Below, one piece after another: positions 1 through 10,756 of a stretch of 64,000 nt of DNA. Every line of letters begins with the position of its first letter. The first letter of the stretch is position 1. The stretch lies in IMG/VR virus record IMGVR_UViG_3300028886_000028, positions 224,001-288,000 of that record; one strand, written 5' to 3'. The position numbers were made by a program, and so were the translations under genes. The stretch is from a virus. Lineage: Duplodnaviria > Caudoviricetes. The notes beneath the pieces were generated by a model. It was not told the DNA's origin. It was given only the letters and a program-made list of their open reading frames with translations, and did no database searches.

Positions 1-1
1 A

Positions 2-553
2 CCTGATGAAGAATTTAAAGAAACGTTTGATGATACAATGTCTTTTTTAATAACAAAAATTGAGAATTTTAATCCGGAATCTGGTTATAAGGCATATTCT
101 TATTGCGGCACTATAATTAAAAATTATTTGATTTATAAAATTAATCAATTTGCTAAAAATCAAAAACGTAACACTTCTTATGATGCATACAATACAGAAG
201 AATTAACAAATATAACAGATACTTTAAAATATTCTTATGATGGCAATTCAAACAACATAACCTTTTTAGGCGAATTAATGAAAAAAACTGCTTTTGATAT
301 AAAAGAAATGGTGGATGACCCGGTAAAAAATAAACTTAATGAAAATCAAATTAAAGTTGGAAAAGCATTAATAGAAATATTAACAAACTGGGAAGAGTTA
401 TTTGCTAGAATGGGAAGTGATAAGTTTAACAAAAGTTCAATATTACTTTTCCTAAAAGAAACCACTCTTTTATCAACAAAAGAGATAAGGGATTCAATGA
501 AAAATTACAAATCGTTGTATTATCTTTTAAAGAAGACAATGCTAGAAGAATAA
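2..553 (+). CDS. 5'-truncated sigma-factor-like protein (possible phage late sigma)
   Basis: Frame is open to the window start; KIENFNPESGYKAYSYCGTIIKNYL resembles sigma region 2 (FDPxxGxKFxxY). Confidence 0.5.
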   Translation, partial: PDEEFKETFDDTMSFLITKIENFNPESGYKAYSYCGTIIKNYLIYKINQFAKNQKRNTSYDAYNTEELTNITDTLKYSYDGNSNNITFLGELMKKTAFDIKEMVDDPVKNKLNENQIKVGKALIEILTNWEELFARMGSDKFNKSSILLFLKETTLLSTKEIRDSMKNYKSLYYLLKKTMLEE

Positions 554-582
554 AATTTAAAACAAAATATTTATTATAAATT

Positions 583-1137
583 ATGGATGTTATAAAAACT
601 GATATAGATGGTGTTGTTATTATAGAACCAAAAATATTTAAAGATTCTAGGGGATATTTTTTTGAATCATTTAATGAATTGGAATTCATAAACAAAGTAG
701 GTATCGTTGAATTTGTTCAAGACAATGAAAGCAAATCATCTTATGGAGTAATGAGAGGCCTTCATTTCCAATTACCACCTTATACACAAGCAAAACTTGT
801 AAGATGCGTAAAAGGCTCTGTATTAGATGTAGCCGTAGATATAAGAAAGGGAAGTCCTACATATGGAAAACATGTTGCTGTTGAACTGACAGAAGATAAT
901 CATAGGCAGCTTTTCATCCCAAAAGGATTTGCTCATGGCTTCGCAGTATTAAGTGATGTTGCAGTATTCCAATACAAATGCGATAATTTTTACCATCCCG
1001 AATCAGATGGAGGTATTAGCATATTAGATGAATCTTTAAAAATAGATTGGAAAATACCGTTAGAAAAAGCAGTATTATCTGAAAAAGATACAAATCATCC
1101 ATTGTTAAAAGATTTTAATTCACCTTTTAAAATATAA
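583..1137 (+). CDS. rfbC: dTDP-4-dehydrorhamnose 3,5-epimerase
   Basis: DSRGYFFESF, VQDNESKS, RGLHFQ, KLVRC, DVAVDIR, GFAHGF motifs. Confidence 0.95.
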   Translation: MDVIKTDIDGVVIIEPKIFKDSRGYFFESFNELEFINKVGIVEFVQDNESKSSYGVMRGLHFQLPPYTQAKLVRCVKGSVLDVAVDIRKGSPTYGKHVAVELTEDNHRQLFIPKGFAHGFAVLSDVAVFQYKCDNFYHPESDGGISILDESLKIDWKIPLEKAVLSEKDTNHPLLKDFNSPFKI

Positions 1138-1142
1138 AAAAC

Positions 1143-1544
1143 ATGGCTAAATTTAAAATTGAACTTAATGATTCTGGAAATGTTAGAGACGTACTTCAAC
1201 AAGCATACGACCTTTCTGATGCTCAAATAGTTCAAGCTCAAAATGAAATCAATAAGATGGCAACAGCTACAAGACTTCAAGATGAAGTAATGGAGTCAAA
1301 AAGCAAATATGGCAAAATTATTAACGATTATTTGAATATTATTGATAAATCTATTTCAAAAAAAGTTGAAATAGCAAAATTAATGACTGAAATATTGCAC
1401 CATAATGGTAACGTGTCAGGAATATCATCAGATTCTCAAATGCAAGGAAAGCAATCTTTTGACCTTTCAAAGATAAAAGAAATGGTTAAGAACATGCATG
1501 AAGAAAAAGAAAAAACTAAAACTATCGAATTGAACAAAAAGTAA
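1143..1544 (+). CDS. hypothetical coiled-coil protein
   Basis: 133 aa ORF in tightly coupled operon. Confidence 0.7.
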   Translation: MAKFKIELNDSGNVRDVLQQAYDLSDAQIVQAQNEINKMATATRLQDEVMESKSKYGKIINDYLNIIDKSISKKVEIAKLMTEILHHNGNVSGISSDSQMQGKQSFDLSKIKEMVKNMHEEKEKTKTIELNKK

Positions 1545-4036
1545 TGGCTAATTCTCTTATAGACGGTAAAGGTAGGCTAAATGTTGGAAATTACAATGAA
1601 AAGGTAAGGAAGCAACGTGAAACTTTTAGTAGAATTGATTCAACTATGGCGATTTTAGAAAAATTGCCAGATTTTACTGATTCTACTCTAGATTATTTAA
1701 ATGCCAATTCATTTACTTTTTCAACAAGTCCGCTTGGCTTTATTTTTAATATTTTAAAGTCTCTTGGAGTAGATGAAGAAACTCTTAAAGAATGGATTGT
1801 TGAAATTTTAGTTTATGTTTTGCCTACGGTCGAAACTGGCGTTAAAGCAACTTTATTAGCCAACATTAAATCTCTTATTTCTTGTAATTCTGACCCAAGG
1901 ATACCCCTTAGAATGAGGAAAAAAATTTCTAATAGCGTATACACTAATATACTGACTGATGTAGAGCAAACCGGGCCAATAAGGGGTATTGATATTAATA
2001 TAGATGCTATAGACCCACAAGGGTTACTTGATTTATCTCCATTTACTGACCCAGGCAAATTGTATTATTTTGGCTGCACTGATGACTCTGAACTTGATTC
2101 ATCAATTAAAAAGGTTGTATCAAAGTATGGCGATGAGTTGTATTTAGATACAAAAAGTGTTGTTGGTGACGCTAATGCAAGGACAGCAAGACTAGTAAGG
2201 GCTGATGATTTTAATGCTTTTCTTTGGTATGTTATACATAAAGGCAATAAACAAAATCCGGCTAGAGTAACTATAAATGGTAATACATTTAAAGTTGAAG
2301 ATGACGATTTAGAATATAGCATAAAAACTGGTAATTTAGGTTTACTTGGAACTCTTGAAATAGAAGCACCAAGTGATAAAGAATCAAATATAGTTGCTGG
2401 TAACACATTTTATGACTCTAACAACGCTAACTATATAGGAATATGCATAGAAAGTAAAGTAAATGATGAAGGAATAGTTACCGGCAATACTATAGTTCCA
2501 ATATCTTCTGATTGGTATAGTTGTAATTGGTATGTTGATAAAACAAATTATTATAGTTCTAATTTAGGTATAAAAAAAAGAAAGCCTAGAAATTATTCTG
2601 AAGAAAAGGCAATATGTAATTTAAGATATTGCAAGCAATTTGACTATAGAGGGCGTGATATACCTAATTCTCCTAACAATCTGAGATTTACAATCTTGCC
2701 TAAACCTTACGTGTTTTTGCCTTCTGTTGGCTCTGAAGGTGGCGGTATAAATAAATTGCATGTGCAGTGGAGGCCAATAAGATTAATGTTTGATTATGAT
2801 GGTACGCCTAATCAAAAAGGGAAGTTTTCATTAATATCAGAAACTTATGATTTGCAACCAACATTAAGGAATAAAACAGTTAGCGGAGAGTATTTTATTT
2901 ATGATGTATATGGAATTGAAGAAAATGGCGTTCATTCTAAAGGTGCTGAACTTAGAGTTAATACAAAAACAGGAGATTATTCATTACAAAATATAACAAA
3001 TTTAACATCTGTGTTGGTAGAATGTTATCCTGGTTTAAGTGTATATGAATTTAACTATGATTATATAATGGGTATGAAATTATTTGACCCAAAAGTAGTG
3101 TGCCAAAAGATTTTAGACAACGCGGCAAATCCTGATTATAATGTTTCATTCCATTACACATTAAACAAAGAAAAAATGCCTTTCATAGAAAAAAAGCAAA
3201 GAATTATAGAAATTGTAAAATCTATACTTGAAGAAGATGAAGATGAAATAACAGATTGCTTTTATGCGTTTTCTAATATTCAATATGATGAAATGCTCAG
3301 GAAAACTGAGGAAATAAAATATAAACAACTACCATATAATCAGGGGTATAATAATGGAGAAACAATTGATTTTACAGAGGTAAGCAAAATATTAGAAACA
3401 TATCCAGAAAATGGAAGCTTAGAGGACCAGAAAAAAGTTATAAACCACGCTTTAACAAAGGCTTGTGATTTATTAGATGAAAGAAATAATATTACAATAC
3501 CAACAGATAAAAGCACAACTAAAAATGAGTTTTTAACTAATATTTTACAGCAATTAGTTGCAGCAATAGTTGATGCAGTTCTAAGCCCAAAAGTTCTTAT
3601 GCTTCTTATAGTAAATAGGGCTTTAATGGACACAGATACAGAAGAGCCATTAGATACTGAGGCGTTAATGAGAATGTTGAAAAATGTAGTTAAATCATTA
3701 GTAAGAGAAGTAAGAGACTTAATTATAAAAAAATTACTCGATTACATAATAAAGTATTTAACTCCATTAGCTTTACAATTGCAAGCTAAAATATTAAGTG
3801 AACAATTTGCTGCATATATGGCTATAATTAGGCTTTTACTTTCTTGGTTTAATAAGGGAGTTGAAGTAACTTCTAGATTAAATTCAGTTTTGTCTTCTAT
3901 GCTTAGTAAATTCAAGAAAAAAGGGTATGGAGATTTAACAGAAATTGATTTACCATCAATTTTGGATGATTTCACTTATGCTGATATTTACCCAATTGAT
4001 ACTAAAGATAAAGAACCAGTAAATAATAATTGTTAA
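1544..4036 (+). CDS. large hypothetical protein, probably virion-associated
   Basis: 830 aa ORF coupled to neighbours, upstream of spike-like gene; function inferred from context. Confidence 0.6.
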   Translation: MANSLIDGKGRLNVGNYNEKVRKQRETFSRIDSTMAILEKLPDFTDSTLDYLNANSFTFSTSPLGFIFNILKSLGVDEETLKEWIVEILVYVLPTVETGVKATLLANIKSLISCNSDPRIPLRMRKKISNSVYTNILTDVEQTGPIRGIDINIDAIDPQGLLDLSPFTDPGKLYYFGCTDDSELDSSIKKVVSKYGDELYLDTKSVVGDANARTARLVRADDFNAFLWYVIHKGNKQNPARVTINGNTFKVEDDDLEYSIKTGNLGLLGTLEIEAPSDKESNIVAGNTFYDSNNANYIGICIESKVNDEGIVTGNTIVPISSDWYSCNWYVDKTNYYSSNLGIKKRKPRNYSEEKAICNLRYCKQFDYRGRDIPNSPNNLRFTILPKPYVFLPSVGSEGGGINKLHVQWRPIRLMFDYDGTPNQKGKFSLISETYDLQPTLRNKTVSGEYFIYDVYGIEENGVHSKGAELRVNTKTGDYSLQNITNLTSVLVECYPGLSVYEFNYDYIMGMKLFDPKVVCQKILDNAANPDYNVSFHYTLNKEKMPFIEKKQRIIEIVKSILEEDEDEITDCFYAFSNIQYDEMLRKTEEIKYKQLPYNQGYNNGETIDFTEVSKILETYPENGSLEDQKKVINHALTKACDLLDERNNITIPTDKSTTKNEFLTNILQQLVAAIVDAVLSPKVLMLLIVNRALMDTDTEEPLDTEALMRMLKNVVKSLVREVRDLIIKKLLDYIIKYLTPLALQLQAKILSEQFAAYMAIIRLLLSWFNKGVEVTSRLNSVLSSMLSKFKKKGYGDLTEIDLPSILDDFTYADIYPIDTKDKEPVNNNC

Positions 4037-4037
4037 T

Positions 4038-4430
4038 ATGAATATTTCAGATATATCAAATAGTATTAAATCTTTATTTAACATAACAAGACAGCCAGCC
4101 CCCGAAGTGCCTGGGATGCTAATGGCTATAGGCGGCACACAAAAGCCAGGTTTATCAACTGTTGTATCTGTTGGCAATATAGTTAAAGCACTAAGCAAAC
4201 ACAGTATACCAACAGAACCATTGCCAGATGGAACAGAAAATAAAACTGTGGCGTTGGTAATTGCTGTTGTTGAAGAAGTTTTTAGGGCAATAAGAGAAGA
4301 TGCAAATATACAAGTAGCGCACACACCTGGTGCCATTTCAGTATTAACTACAGGTGCTAATTCAGCAGGCCCTGTTGTTTCTCAAGGTATTAATATTAAT
4401 TTTAGTAAAGGTCAAGCAGTAGTACAATAA
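4038..4430 (+). CDS. hypothetical protein (putative baseplate-associated)
   Basis: 130 aa, coupled ORF. Confidence 0.55.
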   Translation: MNISDISNSIKSLFNITRQPAPEVPGMLMAIGGTQKPGLSTVVSVGNIVKALSKHSIPTEPLPDGTENKTVALVIAVVEEVFRAIREDANIQVAHTPGAISVLTTGANSAGPVVSQGININFSKGQAVVQ

Positions 4431-4639
4431 TGAGTAAAACAAATGTTGAAATAGTTGGTAAAACGGATTTTAAATCTATGTCAAATAATGACATAAAAAT
4501 AGAAATGAAAAATCTAGAAAATAAGTATGAAAGCGTGAAAAGCCAAATATTGAAATTAGTTAACAAAATGAAAGAACTTGACGCTTTATATATTGAAGGC
4601 AAAAAGGAACTAATAAACAGGAGTAAAGGAATATTCTAA
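4430..4639 (+). CDS. small coiled-coil hypothetical protein
   Basis: 69 aa, overlapping stop/start. Confidence 0.6.
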   Translation: MSKTNVEIVGKTDFKSMSNNDIKIEMKNLENKYESVKSQILKLVNKMKELDALYIEGKKELINRSKGIF

Positions 4640-4640
4640 A

Positions 4641-5561
4641 ATGGATAATGGAGAATCAATAATTAAGAAAGGGCAAGTTGAACTTATTGAAGATACTGCT
4701 GACGGCTTAAGAATTAAAGTTAGGATAGAACAAGATGGTACTACACCACTTGAAAACATTCCATATGCGTTTCCTTTATTACCTAAAACGTTTCAATCTG
4801 TTCCTAAACGTGGAGAAGGTGCTTTCATTATTACTACAATGTCAGATAGCAAAGAAAGCCAACGATATTATATAGGGCCAATTATATCGCAACCACAATT
4901 TCAAGAAAAATGCGATTATTCTTATGGTAGAGGAAATGCTTTATCTTTAATTAAAGGTGGAACAATAGAGCCGCTTGAAAAAATATCAAACTATAGAGAA
5001 ACTTTCGGAGCATTCCCTAATGTTGAAGATGTAGCTATGGTAGGTAGAGGAAGTCAAGACATTATAATGAAAAATATAAACGAAAGCAGTAATGAAATAG
5101 ATATTAGATGTGGCATAAGAAATGATTCAACTTTAGGAGATAAAAAAAATGGAGAAACTATGGTTGGAAAGGTTGTTTTCAATAAATTAGACCCTGCTTA
5201 TATACAATTGAAATATAAAAGAGGAATAACAAAAGAAACAGACCAAGAAGCCAATAGCGTTTTAAATATGGTTGCTGATAAAATAAACATAATTAGCAAT
5301 AAAGATGTTAATGGTTTTAATTTAACAGATTATGACCAACTCATTAAAGAAGAAGAACTTGATGATATAATGTCTAAATTGCATCAGATTCCTCATGGTG
5401 ATACGTTAATTAAACTGTTAAGAGTTATGATTTACGCTATTATAACACATATACATCCATATGCTGGCATACCGCCATCTATAGTAAGTTATACAAAAGA
5501 ATCAGCAGAATGGCTTGGAAATTTGGAAACAATTTTATCTAAACATGTCCGCATTTCATGA
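4641..5561 (+). CDS. putative baseplate central spike (gp5/gpV-like)
   Basis: N-terminal RIKVRI...AFPLLP...VPKRGE OB-fold-like segment; C-terminal HxH (THIHPY) typical of spike tips. Confidence 0.6.
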   Translation: MDNGESIIKKGQVELIEDTADGLRIKVRIEQDGTTPLENIPYAFPLLPKTFQSVPKRGEGAFIITTMSDSKESQRYYIGPIISQPQFQEKCDYSYGRGNALSLIKGGTIEPLEKISNYRETFGAFPNVEDVAMVGRGSQDIIMKNINESSNEIDIRCGIRNDSTLGDKKNGETMVGKVVFNKLDPAYIQLKYKRGITKETDQEANSVLNMVADKINIISNKDVNGFNLTDYDQLIKEEELDDIMSKLHQIPHGDTLIKLLRVMIYAIITHIHPYAGIPPSIVSYTKESAEWLGNLETILSKHVRIS

Positions 5562-5602
5562 TATTTATAGTAAATTATAAATTTAGAATTTAAATAAAAA
5601 CC

Positions 5603-7108
5603 ATGTATTATAGAACATATGTTAGCAAAATGTGTAGTATAATTAAAGATTCAGATTTAAACACATCTTTAAATCCTGTATCTGAACTTTTATACGGAAA
5701 AAATACGTCAAGAGTACTTTTATATTTTGACCACTATAAAATAAAGCAAATGATGGAAGATGGCACAATGCCGGATAAATCAAAAATAAAACATATTCTT
5801 AAAATAACCAATGCAGGCTCTTTAGATTTTACTCTGTTAAATCATAAAGATACAAGTTCAGTTAATGGGTGCATTAGAAAAAGAGCATCATCATTTGATT
5901 TAATCTTTTTTTTAATACCAAAAACTTGGGATGCCGGTAAAGGATTTGATTATTCAAGAAGCATATTTCAAGAAGACTTTTATGATACAAAATCAGAAGG
6001 TTGGGGAAATAGACTTATATCAACAGATGGGTGTAATTGGTTTCAAAGAAGAAATGGGTTAAAATGGGATGAACCTGGGATTTATTCTAACAATAAATTA
6101 TCTGAAGAATATGATAATTTTTCATCAAAAAATGGAAGCGAAATTGTTTTTGCTAGGCAAAGATTTGAAGTTGGTGGGGAAAATATAAATCTTGATATAA
6201 CAGATATAGTTAACAAATTTGTTTCAGGGGAAATTCAAAACAATGGCATAGGCATAGCATTTACGCCTGCATTAGAACGCATAGGAGAAGATAAAAGAAG
6301 CCTATTAAGCAGCATAGAAAATTATCTTGGCTTATTTTCCAATAAAACAAATACGTTTTTTGAACCTTTTGTTGAAACCCATTATCAAGACTATATAAAT
6401 GATGATAGGGCAAATTTTGTTTTAAATAAAGACAATAAATTGTATTTGTACTGTAATTTAGGCGGTCAATTAACAGATTTAGACGAACTTCCTCTAGTCA
6501 CAGTAACAGATACAAATGAAGAAGTTGTAACTGATGCTAATGGAATGCTACTTGAAAATATTGAAGCAAAACATTTTTCTAAAGGCGTTTATTATTTAGA
6601 TTTAAAAATAACAGGAAGAGAAGCAGATACAATGTTATTTGATACATGGAGCAACATTAAGTATCAAGGAAGTGATTTAGATAATGTTGAACTAGATTTT
6701 ACTCTAAAAAATGTTAACATGTTCTTCAATATAGGAAATAAACTTGAATCTAATGAAAGATTTACTCCAAATACAAGTGGAATAAATGACAGTGAAGATA
6801 TTAAACGTGGAGATATTAGGAAACTTAAAATTACTGCTCGTGTACAGTATTCTACGCAAGATTATGAACTTATAAATGGCATAGAAACAAGATTGTATGT
6901 CAGAGACGGAACAAGAGAATTAGATGTTTTTCCTTGGGAACCTGTTAATAAAACTTTTTTGGAAAATTATGTGTTAATTGATACAAGCATTTTAATACCT
7001 CAAAGATATTATGTTGATATTAAAATAAAATACGGAATGGAAGAAATAATACATCATGATGTATTACATTTTAATATTGTGGATGATATTAATAATAAAT
7101 ACGCATAA
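5603..7108 (+). CDS. hypothetical protein, putative structural
   Basis: 501 aa, preceded by GATATTTATA late-type motif. Confidence 0.6.
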   Translation: MYYRTYVSKMCSIIKDSDLNTSLNPVSELLYGKNTSRVLLYFDHYKIKQMMEDGTMPDKSKIKHILKITNAGSLDFTLLNHKDTSSVNGCIRKRASSFDLIFFLIPKTWDAGKGFDYSRSIFQEDFYDTKSEGWGNRLISTDGCNWFQRRNGLKWDEPGIYSNNKLSEEYDNFSSKNGSEIVFARQRFEVGGENINLDITDIVNKFVSGEIQNNGIGIAFTPALERIGEDKRSLLSSIENYLGLFSNKTNTFFEPFVETHYQDYINDDRANFVLNKDNKLYLYCNLGGQLTDLDELPLVTVTDTNEEVVTDANGMLLENIEAKHFSKGVYYLDLKITGREADTMLFDTWSNIKYQGSDLDNVELDFTLKNVNMFFNIGNKLESNERFTPNTSGINDSEDIKRGDIRKLKITARVQYSTQDYELINGIETRLYVRDGTRELDVFPWEPVNKTFLENYVLIDTSILIPQRYYVDIKIKYGMEEIIHHDVLHFNIVDDINNKYA

Positions 7109-7136
7109 AAAATGCAGCTAGAAATAGCTGCATTTT
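7109..7136. terminator. bidirectional intrinsic terminator
   Basis: aaaaatgcagcta-gaaa-tagctgcatttt between convergent genes. Confidence 0.8.
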
Positions 7137-7149
7137 CTATTTAAAATTG

Positions 7150-7689
7150 TTAATTGTAATAAAATATATTATTGTAATTGAAATCTTTTAGTTCAGAATG
7201 ATAATCTTGTACTTCTACCATCATATTAGGTATAAGGTCAAGAGAATAATGCCTCATACAATATTCCAAATCGCTAGCAAATTGCCTATTACAATCATAT
7301 ATGTTTTCTCCTATAACATCAATACCTAACATATCTGCTTCGCTTTTTTCGCTAACTATCATTCCAGAAAACAATCCTTTTAGGTTATACTTTTCTGCAA
7401 ATTCATTAGCGTTGCACCATATGCCTATACATGTATGTTCTTTTAATAGATAAACAAGTCTATCGTCTACAATAGTTCTAGCAAACTGATTATCTCCATA
7501 TGGAGCAAATAAGCCTCCATTATAACCGTGCCCAAGCATCATTACTATTTCTTCTTTAGGGGCACTTCCAATAGCCTCTCTAATACTTCTATTATTCCAC
7601 GTTTCGTCTATTAAAGTAACGTCCTTCTTCCCGGCGTATATCTTCGTCAAAAAAGAAGTCGTTTTGTCTTTTGGATGAATCACTATCAT
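7150..7689 (-). CDS. hypothetical protein
   Basis: 179 aa ORF. Confidence 0.7.
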   Translation of the reverse strand: MIVIHPKDKTTSFLTKIYAGKKDVTLIDETWNNRSIREAIGSAPKEEIVMMLGHGYNGGLFAPYGDNQFARTIVDDRLVYLLKEHTCIGIWCNANEFAEKYNLKGLFSGMIVSEKSEADMLGIDVIGENIYDCNRQFASDLEYCMRHYSLDLIPNMMVEVQDYHSELKDFNYNNIFYYN

Positions 7690-7957
7690 TTTTAAAATAT
7701 TTTTTATTGTATTTTGAAATATATCCTAATGATAAGCCTATAAATATTAATAACATTATGCCGGTAGCATAATATCTTACAATTTCTTCTTCTTTTAACA
7801 ATTTTGCCGCAAAGTATGCTATTATACATAATAATGCAGCGATAAACAAATTGCAAATAACATATACTAACGTTTCTAAAGATACATATAGTACTTTTTT
7901 AACCTTCTCATATGTTAGCATTGCTTTTACCATAGTTTTTGTAAATATTTTTTTCAT
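7592..7957 (-). CDS. membrane protein (2 TM)
   Basis: Two hydrophobic segments; TAnnTTTG promoter on minus strand near 7975. Confidence 0.6.
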   Translation of the reverse strand: MKKIFTKTMVKAMLTYEKVKKVLYVSLETLVYVICNLFIAALLCIIAYFAAKLLKEEEIVRYYATGIMLLIFIGLSLGYISKYNKKYFKNDSDSSKRQNDFFFDEDIRREEGRYFNRRNVE

Positions 7958-8156
7958 ACCTCTTTTATTATGTTACAAAGATACAAAAATATAATTAAAT
8001 GACAAAAAAATGTTTTATTTTTTAACTTAGTTTAACATAAAAGAGATATTTATAATAAAAGTTAACACAAAATGAATTTTGATATAACTAATAATAATGA
8101 AGGCGAAAATATTCCAGTCTAAGGGATAATTTCGCCTTTTTTTAATTAAATTTAAC

Positions 8157-8957
8157 ATGGGTAAAAAAAAGAATTTAAAAGGATTAGATGAATTTGACCT
8201 AGATTTTATTAATGAAAAACTTGGCAAAAGTGTTACTGATTACATAAGTCCTGAAGATGTTGTGAGTGCTTCAGCATTAAAAACATTGAATTTTAAATTG
8301 GAAATAAAATGTAAAAACGAAAAGCAAAAAGAGTTTTTAAAAAGCCTTAAAGAAAAAAAGCATCAAATTTGTTTTGCAAGCGGAGCAGCCGGGGCAGGAA
8401 AGTCTTATATTAGTTTAGCTTATGCGTTAAGCGCTTTAAAAGATGGAGGAAATCAATTTGATAAGATAATAATAATAATTCCAACATGCCCGGCTGGAAA
8501 TATGGACATAGGCTTATTAAAAGGCACTTACGAAGATAAGATTAGACCTTATTTGGAAGCAGATACTTATACAATGGAAAAGATATTGAAAAACAGTGGA
8601 AATAATATACCAAGTGAAACAGTAAAAACATTAATTTCTCAAGGATATATAGACTACCAATTGGTCAATTTTGCGAGGGGAAAAACATTTGATAATTGCA
8701 TTGTGCTTATAAATGAAGCAGAAAACTATTCAAGAGAAGAAATGCTGTTACTTTTAACACGTATGGGAGAAAATTCAAAATTTATAATATCCGGAGACCC
8801 TATACAAAAAGATAGAAAAGATTTGAAAAAAAATGGCGATGGATTAACATATGCAATAGAACATTTAAAAAATTTGGAAGAAACAAGTATTACTACATTT
8901 ACAAATGATGACATTGTAAGAAACCCATTAATTTCTAAAATTCTAGAAAACTGGTAA
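8157..8957 (+). CDS. phoH: PhoH-like ATPase
   Basis: GAAGAGKS Walker A, RGKTFDN, NEAEN, LLTRMG, GDPIQKD, DIVRNPL. Confidence 0.9.
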   Translation: MGKKKNLKGLDEFDLDFINEKLGKSVTDYISPEDVVSASALKTLNFKLEIKCKNEKQKEFLKSLKEKKHQICFASGAAGAGKSYISLAYALSALKDGGNQFDKIIIIIPTCPAGNMDIGLLKGTYEDKIRPYLEADTYTMEKILKNSGNNIPSETVKTLISQGYIDYQLVNFARGKTFDNCIVLINEAENYSREEMLLLLTRMGENSKFIISGDPIQKDRKDLKKNGDGLTYAIEHLKNLEETSITTFTNDDIVRNPLISKILENW

Positions 8958-8994
8958 ATATTTATATTATAAATAATAATATATATATTATATC

Positions 8995-9414
8995 ATGAAT
9001 AATAAAAGATTTAATGAAATTATAAAAGAATCAATAGATTATGTAGTTAATTCAGCAATCCCAACATTTGTAAAGCCTAATACTACTTATGATTATTCTA
9101 CTGCTAATGATGAAGAAGAACTAAATGATTCTAATTCTTTAGTATTATCTTATAATGATGGTACTGTTAAAAAATGTAATATAAAATATATTCATGCTTT
9201 TAATAGCGGACATGACCATATGATAATTAATATGTTAGATGGGGCTATATTTTACCATTACATGGGAAAAAATATCGAAGTTAGCGAAAAAGAACACAAT
9301 CGTATAGTAAAAAAAATGAGATGGTGGGTTGAAGAATATAAAGGCGAAGAGTATAAAGGGTACGTTGAAGAGGTTGCAAAAATATTAAAATATGCAGAAA
9401 AATACAATAGATAA
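8995..9414 (+). CDS. hypothetical protein with IIxES leader
   Basis: 139 aa; ATATTTATA upstream. Confidence 0.65.
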   Translation: MNNKRFNEIIKESIDYVVNSAIPTFVKPNTTYDYSTANDEEELNDSNSLVLSYNDGTVKKCNIKYIHAFNSGHDHMIINMLDGAIFYHYMGKNIEVSEKEHNRIVKKMRWWVEEYKGEEYKGYVEEVAKILKYAEKYNR

Positions 9415-9447
9415 ATGAAGGGAACTATCAATTTGTGATAGTTCCTT

Positions 9448-9828
9448 TTATCTTTTTCTTCCACATTCGTCACCGCATAATCCGTTAATCTTACATTTTT
9501 TACAAGGATTTTCAACCGGATGAACTTCTCCTCCTATCTTTTCATATCCATTATTACCAGAATAATATCCTTTTACATGTGGTGGATTATAATCGTTTAT
9601 CGCTAGTTTATATCCATCATGCACTAATCTTGAAAACCACCTATACAATGAATCTTCAGGAAGCCTTGAAACATGGTAAACATTACTTAGTATTTTTTCA
9701 CTTGGCCCATTTGTTGGATACAAATAGCCATTTATTAATTGCATATAAATTGTTTTATCTGTTGATTCATTTATGGACTCAATTGCTTTTAAAAGTTTTG
9801 ATTCCGTTAATATTATAGTTTTTTTCAT
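9448..9828 (-). CDS. hypothetical protein with LTES leader, C-terminal Cys cluster
   Basis: 126 aa; ATATTTAT upstream on minus strand. Confidence 0.65.
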   Translation of the reverse strand: MKKTIILTESKLLKAIESINESTDKTIYMQLINGYLYPTNGPSEKILSNVYHVSRLPEDSLYRWFSRLVHDGYKLAINDYNPPHVKGYYSGNNGYEKIGGEVHPVENPCKKCKINGLCGDECGRKR

Positions 9829-9901
9829 TATGACGTTTTTATTTAATAAATATTTTGTTTTTTAATATTTTTTTTGTATATTTGTAATAAAACATATAGA
9901 A

Positions 9902-10756
9902 ATGGATGAAAAAACTAACATAATTGTTGTACCTAATGAGCCGAAAGAAGTAACTGAAATAAGAAATAAAATATTAGATGAGTTTAAAGATTTAGTATTT
10001 GATGAAGAGCCTCATAAATATTACATAGGAGATAAAGAATTACCAAGTGTTTCTCATGTAACTCATAAATATCTTGTTCCGTTTGATAGTGATAATGTTG
10101 CTGAAAAATATGCAGAAAAAAATGGAATGACTAAAGAATATTGGCTTGACCAATGGAAATTCAATAATTTAAAGGCTACAACATCAGGAACATTGGTACA
10201 TGCATATGGAGAATCTTTGGGATGGTTAAAGAACGGGCATCCAGAAAAAATAACAGAAGAAAACATATGCAAATACATAAAAGAAAAGAATTGGTTAATT
10301 CCAACTAGGAAAAAAGAAGAAGCAATATTAAAATTTTATAACGAATTAAATGATAATCTTCATTTCGTTCTTGCTGAAACTAAAGTATATACAGGAAAAA
10401 ATAAAGAACTAACAAATCTCAAACAGGATTACGCAGGTACTTTTGATATTTTGTTTTATTATAAAGACCCAAAAGATGATTCAAAAAGTGGGCTTGTAAT
10501 AATGGATTTCAAAACAAATAAAGAGTTATATAAAGAATTCAATAGGTCAAATGGAATTATGATGTACGCTCCATTCACAGATATGTATTCAGAACCTTTT
10601 GGCGCGTATGTTTTACAGCTTTCAGCGTATCAACTACCATTAGAAGATATTGGGTTAAAAGTCATAGCAAGAAGAATTATACACCTTAAAGATGATGGAA
10701 CATATGAATTAATACCTGTAAAAGATGTTACAAAACAATTAAGAGAAGTGCTATAA
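9902..10756 (+). CDS. PD-(D/E)XK exonuclease (Cas4/RecB-like)
   Basis: PSVS, GTLVH, E..AGTFD..DFKT, QLSAY motifs. Confidence 0.8.
   Translation: MDEKTNIIVVPNEPKEVTEIRNKILDEFKDLVFDEEPHKYYIGDKELPSVSHVTHKYLVPFDSDNVAEKYAEKNGMTKEYWLDQWKFNNLKATTSGTLVHAYGESLGWLKNGHPEKITEENICKYIKEKNWLIPTRKKEEAILKFYNELNDNLHFVLAETKVYTGKNKELTNLKQDYAGTFDILFYYKDPKDDSKSGLVIMDFKTNKELYKEFNRSNGIMMYAPFTDMYSEPFGAYVLQLSAYQLPLEDIGLKVIARRIIHLKDDGTYELIPVKDVTKQLREVL

Noticed and set aside
9902-10756. Cas4 as evidence of a CRISPR-Cas locus
   Set aside because: No other cas genes or array; stand-alone PD-(D/E)XK exonucleases are common in phages.
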